The notes beneath the pieces were generated by a model. It was not told where the DNA came from, searched no databases, and saw nothing but the letters and a program-made list of their open reading frames with translations. DNA of 64,000 nt from Azolla caroliniana (taxonomy: Eukaryota > Plantae > Polypodiophyta): NCBI GenBank assembly GCA_043228905.1, contig JBHGNT010000018.1, forward strand, positions 4,836,001 to 4,900,000. The letters are read 5' to 3'. The position numbers and the translations under genes were made by a program. Shown piece by piece: positions 51,186 through 61,721 of this stretch (positions are counted from its first letter, which is position 1; every line of letters begins with the position of its first letter).

Positions 51186-53002
51186 CCCAGGTCCTCCAAT
51201 ATTCTCTTAAGCCAAACAACTTCACATGCGGCTACGACCGCGCCCCTGTATTCGGCTTCGGTGCTCGACAATGCGACTATCATATGTTTCTTACTACTCC
51301 AGGAGATGGCTCCGCTGATGAGGGAGAAGACAAATCCGGATGTCGATCGTTGGTCGGCTCTGTAGCTGGCCCAGTCGGCATTGGTATACCCTATGAGCCG
51401 AATCGGTGTGTTTGATCTGTAGAGGATGCCGATATCCATCATTCCACTCACATAACGTAACACTCGCTTAAAACAGTTGAGATGGATGTCTCACGGAATT
51501 TGTTAACTGGCTAAAGAGGCCAACTGGGTAACTCAGGTCAGGTCGGGTAATTGTGAGGTAGATGAGGCTTCCGACTAGTTAACGATAGTGTGTCAGCGCA
51601 CACTCTCTAGTGCCTGAGTCAACATCTAGCTTTAGATTTCGATCGAGAGGAGCATTGACGTGCTTACATTGTGTCATCATAAACTTGTAAACAAGATTGA
51701 GAATATAGTGCCTTTGAGAAAGCATGATGTCGTCAGGAGCCTGTATTACTTCTATTCCTAGAAAGTAATGAAGCTCCTTCATGTCTTTCATTTCAAATCG
51801 GTTAGAGAGGAGCTTCTTAATATGCTCTATATATGGTAAATGCTCTCCTCCTATGACCAAGTTGTCCACATAAATGATGATAAATACCTTTCCTCTAGAG
51901 TCGCTTCGGATGAACAGAGACTTGTCGGACTTGGACATGTTGAAGTCGATTTGATGAAGATACTATGTTATCTTCGAGTGCCAGGCGCTAGGTGCCTGCT
52001 TGAGGCTGTAGAGAGGTTTCTTGAGTCAGCAGACAACAGTTGGATGCGTAGTCGACCTGAATCCAGGTGATTGTATCATATACACCTCCTCGTCTAACTC
52101 ACCTTGTAGGAATGCATTCTTTATCTCCATTTGGTGGAGGTTCCACCCTTTTGTTGCTGCAAGCGCGATCATGGTTCGAATTGTAGTCATCTTTGCCACC
52201 CGGCCAAAGGTCTCTTAGTAGTCGACACCGTGCGTTTGTGCGTAGCCTTTCGCCACAAGCTGAGCCTTGTACCAATTGATAGTTCCGTTGACGTTGTGCT
52301 TCACTATGAAGATCCACTGACATCCAATTGCCTTTTGGTGGTGTGAACAAGGGACGAGATTCCATGTCTCGTTCTTGGAGAGTGCTTGCATCTCCTCATT
52401 CATTGCTTCGACTCATCGAGAGTCCTTCGCAGCTTCGGAAAAGGTTTCTTGTTCTTGAATTGTCGCCATCTTCATCATGAACGCATAATGATATGCCATA
52501 TAGTCGTTGTAGGCGAATCAGCTGACTATGTTCTTCTCTCGAGTGGAGTGACGTTGTTGTGAAGATCCGTCACTAGGCGCGGATCGCGAGGTGGAATCGT
52601 CGGGGTTCTGGACCGAAAGGATCGAAGTTCGCAGCAAGCTTAGCGAGAAAGTATTTAGGATAGATTGAGAGAGAGAAAGAGATTAAGATTAAACGCTTGA
52701 CTTAGATTGAGAAAGATTGATATGGCCAAGAGAGAGATATTGAGATTAAGATTTTAACTCTTGATTTAAGAAACAAGATATATCATCAATGAATTTTCTT
52801 CTCATTAATTTCTTAGTTCATACATGGATCCATAATACATTTTCATCCATCCTTTTATAGATGCCCCCATGCATATGATGCATGTTTGCCATTTGGCGGT
52901 CGTGTATTACATGTGGTGCATGATAACCATGTCACTCATTTGAGCTCTCATGCATAAGAATTTACATGTAAGAGTACGATGATAGAAATATAATTTCAAC
53001 TA

Positions 53003-53075
53003 AATATCATGGCTTAGTGGTAAGCCAATTGACTCTTAACTTGGAGGTGCAAGGTTTGAATCCTTACTTGCCCTC
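53003..53075 (+). other. tRNA-Lys(CTT)-derived sequence (SINE-like head) followed by (TA)n
   Basis: A box TGGCTTAGTGG, loop CT-CTT-AA, B box GGTTTGAATCC; no acceptor stem. Confidence 0.55.
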
Positions 53076-53079
53076 CTTG

Positions 53080-53111
<32 letters not shown>

Positions 53112-53893
53112 TTTATTTATTTATCTAGACACCGGATGACGGTGCGCCGCCGGTTACCGGTGGCTGCCGCCTCACCGGTTGCCGTCATCTCCCCAGCCCG
53201 TCAGATGCGGGTATCGCCGCCCCGTCGAATGCCGATTCCGCCAGATCACCGGCTTCGCCGCCGCCTCACCGGCTCCGTCGGATGCCAATACCGCTGGATC
53301 ATCGGCTTCGTCGTTGCCGGCACATGTCGATCACCGGTTACCGTCCAGTTCTGTTTTGGTTGGCCAAAACCTATACGAGTGGCTAGGCCACCACCACTCT
53401 TAGTTCAAGTTACCTTGAACTCTCTATGCTCCACACATAGACACAAAGATAATAACTTTTGCTCTACCTTATATATGGTGAGAGCCTTATTCGTCCTGTC
53501 TATATGGGATATCTCACAATTTTCTCTTTTTCTTTTGCAACTTCTTACCCACATAAGTTGACACTTAGATGTCTGTTTCTTATGTACAGTAAACATTCGG
53601 TTAAGTGCGCACTTTGATTTGAAGGGAAACATGTGCACTTAACTGAGCCGCACACTTAGGGCTTTTTACACACATAATTTGTTTTCCCCCTATTTTTCTT
53701 TTCTCTGCACATTTGAGTAAGCGTAGCCCCAATAGCCACCGATCAGACCCTCTTTGCACCTTAATCAATCCCACGTAGCTGGTCACAAGGCTGCAGCTTC
53801 ACCACGTTGTTGCTCAAGACACTATTGTGCACCTACAGTCTTCTTCGGGTATGTAGAGTTTCTGCGCATTTTCAAGTTTTTTAAGGCCAAATG

Positions 53894-54590
53894 TTTAGGG
53901 AATTAAAAAATAATTTCATTGTGGATGAGTATGTGGATGTATTTGTGCTCTTTTTACTGCTGAATTTGAGTAAATTTGTTGATTAGGTTCATAAATTAGA
54001 TTGCGGGTTTAGGGAATTAGAAAAAAATTTGATAATGGATGGGTATATGAATGTATTTTTTTGTTTTTACTACTGAATTTGAGTAAATTTGTTGAATAGG
54101 TTCATAAATTAAATTGTGGGTTTAGGTAATTAGAAAAAAAATTGATAGTTGATGAGTATGTGAATGTATTTTGTTGTTTTTACTACTGAATTCGAATAAA
54201 TTTGTTGATTAGGTTCATAATTAGATTGTGGGTTTAGGGAATTAGAAAAAAAATTGATAGTGGATGAGTATGGGAATGTATTTTGCTGTTTTTACTGCTG
54301 AATTTGAGTAAATTTGTTGATTAGGTTCATAAATTAGATTTCGAGTTTAGGGAATTAGAAAAAAAGTTGATAGTGGATGAGTATGTGAATGTATTTTGCT
54401 ATTTTTACTGCTGAATTCGAGTACATTTGTTGATTAGGTTCATAAATTAGATTGCGGGTTTAGGGAATTAGAAAATAATTTGATTGTGGATGAGTATGTG
54501 AATGTATTTATGTTGTTTTTACTGTTGAATTTGAGTACATTTGTTGATTGGGTTCATAAATTAGATTGACGATTTAGGGAATTAGAAAAT
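53894..54590. repeat. ~113-bp tandem repeat, ~6 copies, inside the pogo element
   Basis: Unit tttagggaattagaaaaaa...tggatgagtatgtgaatgtatttt...ctgaatttgagtaaatttgttgattaggttcataaattagattgcggg. Confidence 0.95.
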
Positions 54591-54638
54591 AATAAATATA
54601 AGTCAATGTGAAATTAGCTCATTAGCCTTATTACAGAG

Positions 54639-56364
54639 ATGAATTCAACCCATAAGCGAGGTGTTGAACCTTGTTTGAATGATGAACAAAGGCTACAAAT
54701 TTTGGAGATAGTGGAACAACCATTGGCTCCTTCTCTTCGCAACATAGGTAGAAATTTTGGTGTAAGTGAATCATCGATTAGAAGTTTGATCAAGAAGAAG
54801 GATGAGATACGAATGCGTGTCCAATTAAAAGATCATAATACAAGGAAAACAACTTTTAGGGGATCCAAAGGGAACGCTTGTATGCTTGGATTGATGCATC
54901 TCGTCGATTGTCAATTGCATTGCCTCCATCCGTTATTATGGAGAAGGCTCGGCGATTGGCTACACAAATGAATATTTGTGATGATGATTTCAAAGCAACT
55001 TGGGGTTGGTTTAGGAAATTTCGTCATAGCCAATGTTTGAATACTATTAGTTTGTATGGCGAAGGAGGGGCAGTTAATCGAAATGACCCAGAATTGTTGG
55101 CTTCTTTTGAAATGCTCTATGCTATAATCAACGAGTATGATGCTAGTTGCGTTTACATAGGGATGAAACAGGCTTACTTTTTCGATTAGTTCCAAGGTAT
55201 ACAGTGCTTTTGCCTAGTGAAGATCCTACAACAATTCGAGGTAAGAAAAAATTGCTAGATAGAGTTACCTTAGTTGTTTGTTGTAATGCGACTGGAACTG
55301 AAAAAGTTCCCATTACAATGATTGGAAAGGCTAAGGAACCAGCTTGTATTGTTGGAAATTCTTGGCCATTGCCCTATTTAGCACAAAAAAATGCTTGGAT
55401 TGATATCCCTACTTTTAATAAGTGGTTTGATCATGTGTTTGTACCTTTTGTTCGTTCTCGAACTAATCGCAAAGTGCTTCTAATCCTTGATAATGCTCCT
55501 GGTCATGCCGAAACATTTGAGCGTGATGCTATCAAAGTGATTTTTTTCCCAGCCAATGTCACATCATGGAAGCAATCAATGGATATGGGAATTATTGAAG
55601 CGTTGAAAAAGAGGTACAAATATCATTTGATAAGAGAAATTTTGACATATCATGATAGTCCAGAAAATGTTAAGATTCGTTTGGAGGATGTTGCTAAACG
55701 AATGAGAAGAGGTTCTATTGGTTTAACTTTTGGAAAGTTGGCACATTTGCTAGATGCTGCCAATCTCATTGTTATTGCTTGGAATGAGATCAAGCAAGAA
55801 ACACTTTTTAATTGCTATAGAAAGGCAGATATTATTCCATCATTCCGCATTAATGATGTTGAAGTTGTTGAAATGGAAGATCAATGCCTTGATGATCTTG
55901 TTGCTTTGTTATGTAACTGCAGTTTGCTTGAGAATGCACATAATGTAGAAGAAATTCGAGAGGAAATCATGGAATGTGTCAATGCAAATGCAAATGAATC
56001 AAAAAAACTAAATCAAAATCTCCTTGAAGAGATTGATGAAGTTATAGCGCAAGCATCCAACATCAATGAACCACTTGCATATGATGAAAATGATTCAGAT
56101 TCTGAGTTTGTTGAGATGCAAGATATGCATGGATGCTTAAAGCAAGAAGATGTGATTATTCCTGAAGTATTGCAAAATATTGTTGATACCGAACTCATGC
56201 TCAACTCGATAATGACAACTTATTTGAGTTCCGAGAAAACAAAGCAAGTAAATTCAGCTTTATCGAGTGCTTGTAGAATTATTCAAGAAGCAAATTCTGC
56301 CATTGTTTCTAAGCGTATCGCTAAAAGTAGGCAAATGACCTTACATGATTTTGGTATGAAATAG
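54639..56364 (+). pseudogene. pogo/CENP-B-like DD30D transposase with two frameshifts (~54875, ~55160)
   Basis: HTH (IGRNFGVSESSIR); FKATWGWFRKFR; DETGL; LILDNAPGH and QSMDMG with 30 residues between the last two Asp. Confidence 0.92.
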
Positions 56365-57766
56365 CAAAAGACATAGAAATCCTATTTTTGTTCAAATTTT
56401 GCCATTTTTTGTAAGTTCTCGCTAAAAGTAGGCAAATGACCAAACATGATGTTGGTATGAAATTGTGAAAGAACTTAGAAATCTGATTTTTATTGATGAT
56501 TTTGTTGTTTTTTGAATTTTTGGAACATAGTTTCCATTTGGTTCAATGTATTTTGTCATAAAACAATGTAATTTTTTTGAACAGGATTTTGACATCTATA
56601 AAAAGCGCACTTAATAGAATGGCACACTTAATTGGACACACACTTAACCAAATGGTTACTGTAGTAAAGTGCACCTCTTCAAGATCTTCGTCTTTTATAC
56701 TAAGATATTAAACTTACTTAGAAATAGTATATTCACTATTATTGTTTTATATGATTGACACTTGATTTCGTACGTCTTATGTGATTTTCACACCATTGCC
56801 AAAAATCTTCACGACAACGTGGTTCTCCTAGTGTCCTCATGATGGACGCATCCAATCTACCAAACTCATTGTCGGGTGAGTGACCTGGTTTGATTTCATC
56901 TGAGTCTTCATACTAAAGCATTTTGGCCTTTCCTTTGTCCTATTTCGGACTAGGCTGCGACGTGCTTTGGTCGCTTGGAGGCTCTTGTGGTCCACTCAAC
57001 CTGGTTGACATTGGACTTTCATCTAATGTGAGCCTCGATCGATCCTCCTCCACATTTGTGTCAAGTTCGGTTTCGATTGTGTCAGATGGGGTTGATTCGA
57101 CTGTATACTAGGATGTTGATTCGTCGAATACGACATCCCTACTTACGCATACCTTCTTGGTGGAAGGGTTGAAGCACTTATACCCTTTTCGCTCGAGTGA
57201 GTACCCTACGAGTATACATTTCTCCAACTTGGGATCGAGCTTCTCCTACTTCTCGTCGGGAATATCTACATATGCAATTGAACGGAATATTGTTACGTGG
57301 GATAGGTCATGTTTCTTCCCATACAACTTTTCGCAGGGGGTAACATCGTGCACTCCTGATGTTGTGTAGTGATTCATCATATAGACGGTCGTATTCGCTG
57401 CTTCAACTATATATGACTTTGGCAAATGGTTTTCGTTCATCATTGCCCTTGCCACCTCGAGTATGTGTCGGTTCTTGCTTTCGGTTACTCCGTTTTGCTT
57501 AGGTGTGTGTCAACAAGTAAACTCTCACCGAATTCCTTCTTGTCCAAGGTATGTTGTAAAGGCGTCGAAAAGTACTCTTTTCTGTAGTCCGATCGAAGGC
57601 ATCGGACATGCCGACCAGTTGCCTTTTCGACTACGTTTTTGAACTTTTGGAAGTGTCCCAACACTTCGCTCTTTTGCCGCATAGCATAGATCTAGGTATG
57701 TCTAGAGAAGTTGTCGATGAACGTAACGTAGTATCGACAACCATCGAATGTTACCGTTTGGGCTGG

Positions 57767-60700
57767 TGTTGTCCGCCGGAATAGTAACCGACGGACAAGA
57801 GCGTAGGAATAAGAAATAATATAAGATCATAACGCATGTAATGGTTCACGCAGGAAGCGTGAACGGCTAAATAGACCCTGCGTATATAAAGGGCAGAAAA
57901 CCGTTGATAGAGGAAGCGTGTAATTTTGGGAATGTAAGAAACATCTCATAATAGAATTCTATCTTCTCTGATTCTCTGTGTATAGCTACGGCTAATCCAC
58001 TATGTGTGTCTTGAAGACCTAAGCACGTAAGAACATAAGTGTAAGCTTTGCTAAGGATTCGGTTGTAGCCGTCTCCCTTATACGCTAATAGGTTACAGGG
58101 AACATTCCCCTACGCATTACGCTTAGGCGCCTATTCGTTGTTCCACACCCACTTGGAGGTCTAGGTCGAAGGATTGACCGCGGACCGTGTTCCTAATCGG
58201 CAACACTTTTGGCATGCTTGATGGTCTGTGTCTTCTCACAGATGAACAACGACGAATGGATGTTTAGCCGCAGACGCCCCAGAGAACCAACACGGCAAGA
58301 CTAGCCAATAACAAGGTTTGTCACACGCCAGGCAGAAGAACGCTCACGGCAAAAGCCGCGCCTCAGCAACCTCAGTACTACCTACCGTGAGTACAAAGGT
58401 GATTCTTCGCTCTCCAAATACCTCGACGAGACGCGGGGACTACGCTCACCGCAGCCACCTGGTGGTCTTTCCCGGCCCGTCGTAGCCCCCACCATGGCCT
58501 TTGCCTACCCCCGCTTTAACGGCGAAACCGACGCCGCAACACATATTCGCATGTTCCTGAATGTCTGGAATGCGAACCACATGGCGTAGAGCCTTTCGGA
58601 GGCGGTAGCACACTAGTCGAAAATGACGGAGTTCGGGTTAACATTAGATGGGCGAGTGACGTTTTGGCATTCACAGATGGCTTTACCAGCAATAACAACC
58701 TTCGATCAGCTACAGTCCGCTTTCTTGCGATTCTTCCATTGGAGGATTCCACAACGTGAAATCCTCGGACAGTTTTATACGATTAAGCAACTACCAACCA
58801 AGACGATAGCGGACTTTAGCTTACGTTTCCAAAATTTACGACGGAAATTGGAACGGAGCCCCGTGGAAGACGAGGCTTGGGAAACATTTCTGGCAGCTTT
58901 ACGCCGGCCCATTCGGGCAACGCTCAACAACAATAGCGTGAAAGGGGAAACGACAGATATGGTAATTGAACGAGCGTTACAGCTCGAGTTGGATGACGAG
59001 GAGGAAAGGTTTTCTATGTCCTCCTTACGATAAGCGTTACCTCAGGATGAGGAACGCCAGTTTCGTCAAGCAATCCAGTGCACAATTTGCTTGAACTCGG
59101 GGCATTCCGTAGTGGACTGCAATATGCGAATCCACTGCCCAATCTGCCACTCGAAGGCTCACACAGTCGACCAATGCGAATACAATATGTTAAACAGAGC
59201 CACTCCCGCAATCCGCAGCATGGACACACAACATCAACCACACTGGACTGAACAAAGGAGGCAAGAAGACCGACCCCGGTATAAGGATCGCAACCCACGG
59301 GAGGACCGGTACCACCGGAATCGCCAAAACCACAACGATTCCGAGGAGGACGAACCAGAGGACGAGGATTATCGTGGACATCCGAGTTATGCCAAAGGGG
59401 GTCGACGCTACGAGAATCAACAGTCGACAAACAAACGGGGCGGTTTCAATGGTTATCGTGGTAAGCCACGGCAATATCGAGATCACCGGCGTTACGACGA
59501 AAGCTTAGGGGATGAGCGGCACCAGGAACAACGACGGGACCAACAGCAGCCACCGCGTACGTTCTGACAAACGAGGCCGGACCGCGAGGAGCAAGTAGCA
59601 CCAAGGGAGCGGCACACACCACCAGGAGCCGAGAAGGGTGAATCAAGCATCCATTGTTTTATTTGTCAACAACCCAGACATTATGCCACGCAATGCCCAG
59701 CACGTAAGGGAAAGGGGCCTGCTGTCAATACGATTACGACGAAAGTGCAGCAAGTCACGACACGCCAGCAAACAAAAACGGTTGATTGGGTTGTGCAAGA
59801 TGAGGTACGCTGACAAGCCCAAGCGTGGGTGGAAAAAGCAAACGCGACAAATACGGAACGTATGTGGAAGGAGTCCGCGAACACAATGGAGCGAGAAGAG
59901 GACGAAAGACCGGTCCCAAACCCCATTTGGTAGGCGTTAGCGGGCTGTGAGATAACGTTAACTATGGAGAAACTGCTGCAGCTAGTCCCACGCTTCCGCC
60001 AGACCATGGAAGAACGGGTGACAGGCATACCCGAGGTGAGTATCGCTACAAACCTTACAGACGTTAGCAGTGGACCGCCAGTAGTGGATCAGCACAACCC
60101 GGCTATTACATTAATATTACATGGACAGGAAATTCCTGAATGCATAATCGACGGCGGCTCAAGCGTCAATGTAATTAGCGCGAAAACTTGCAAGCAGTTA
60201 GGCATTTCAGAATGGGAGGCTTGCCCATTCTGGCTCCGAATGGCAGATACCCGCTCAGTACGACCATTACGGTTAATTCACAAAATAGGCATTATCGTGG
60301 GCGGACACCGATTCGACATCTCGGCGGTCTTCCTCGCCTTGGACGCCCCAGGGGCGTACCCAGTGCTTCTGGGCAGACCATGGCTTCGGGCAGCAAATAT
60401 CAAGCAGAGCTGGCAACACAAGTGTATTAGTTTCCGACACGGACGCACCAAGGTTCGCGTACCTACGGAAGGAAGCACGCCACAACCGAAGGGTATAACA
60501 CCATTATACGCAAAAGATATAAATATGTTGGCTGGGGTGGAGGATGCAGAATTAGAGGCATACCTCGACGAGCACCCTTGGATTATTCCGTTGTTTGAAA
60601 TAGACGTCATCGCAACCGCAGTAGAATTTGCCACGACCACTGTTCTCCACGACGAGCCTTACGAACCAAACCCAGAGTCCATATTGGAACTCAGCAGAGC

Positions 60701-61721
60701 ACGGGCGGCATTCGAAAGGGAAATGGAGATTTCACAACGAGTCACCGCTTCCGCCCTCGAAGAAGTAAATATGGGTACGGAATCGGAGCCTCGTTTCCTC
60801 TCCATCGCAAAGGAATTAAGGTCGGACCAGCGAAACACGATGATCGCACAAATACGGTGGCATAGTCGGATGATACGGTATTTGGCGGACTTCACCACGC
60901 CGTTACACGCTGTCGTACATCGGACTCCTTTCCAATGGACTACAACAGAGGATAAGGCCTACGAGGCACTTAAGATAATGCTCACACAGGCTCACGTCGT
61001 ACAACCACCAGTTTGGGCGAAGCCATTCCACGTGTTCGTCGACGCCTCAGACATAGCAATAGGAACTGCACTAATGCAGCTCACCGAACCAAGCTGGTAC
61101 CGGCCAGTATACTACGCTAGTCGCAAATTATCAACAACAGAGCGTAACTACTCCACAACGGAGCAGGAGGCGCTAGGGATGATCTATAACATCAATCAAT
61201 TTTGGCACTATTTATTAGGAAGGAAATTCACGTTCCACGTGGATCATTCGGCGCTACTGTATTTGGTGGAGAAACAAGCCCTGACAGGGAAATTGGCGCG
61301 GTGGATGTTGCTGCTCTTGGAATTCGATTTCGTAATCCAACACCGACCAGGGATGCAACACGCAGTGGTGGATTTTTTGAGCAGACTCGAGAATGGAGAA
61401 ACAGTACAAAAAGATGACGACGATTTTCCGGACGCCGATATCCTGCGGGTAACGACACTAGCAAAAAGAACGGAATCGATCTTTCCGGACCGGTGGCTTA
61501 TGTAAATGACGTACTTTTTGACTACGAGACTGCCTCCACCACAATTACACACGGACAAGAAGAAACGACTAGACGTCCGAAGTCGTCACTTCTGCCTCGT
61601 CGAAGGCGTTTTATATCACAAAGGAAGTGACGGCATTTGGCGACGTGGGGTACGGCAAGATGAGAAGGAAGCAGTTTTACGAGAAGCATACTGCGGCATG
61701 GCAGGCGGCCATTACGCGGGC
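57767..61721 (+). mobile_element. Ty3/gypsy element (non-chromovirus-like), decayed, RT largely deleted, interrupted in integrase by copia C2
   Basis: LTR 57767-58205; offset PBS-like tggcatgc.. at 58210; gag with CCHC knuckles; protease IIDGGSSVN; RNase H FVDASDIAIG...VDHSAL; start of the integrase zinc finger. Confidence 0.9.

Larger units (their letters stand above)
53587..56661 (+). mobile_element. pogo-type (Tc1/mariner superfamily) DNA transposon
   Basis: TIRs CAGTAAACATTCGGTTAAGTG / CACTTAACCAAATGGTTACTG; TA TSD at 53585-53586 and 56662-56663. Confidence 0.95.
52555..56816 (-). mobile_element. ~1.2-kb TG...CA element (probable solo LTR) with a 4-bp TSD, interrupted by a pogo transposon
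   Basis: Termini TGTTGTGAAGAT / ATCTTCACGACA; ACGT duplicated at 52551-52554 and 56817-56820; minus-strand TATA (tataaaag ~52853-52860). Confidence 0.8.
49977..57766 (-). mobile_element. Ty1/copia element D (decayed), host of several nested insertions; continues beyond the gypsy insertion
   Basis: 3' LTR 49977-50328 and PPT; RNase H/RT/IN fragments at 50485-50709, 51186-52554 and 56817-57766. Confidence 0.9.

Noticed and set aside
53894-54590. Possible CRISPR or telomeric array
   Set aside because: Whole 113-bp units repeat with no spacers; TTTAGGG occurs once per unit.
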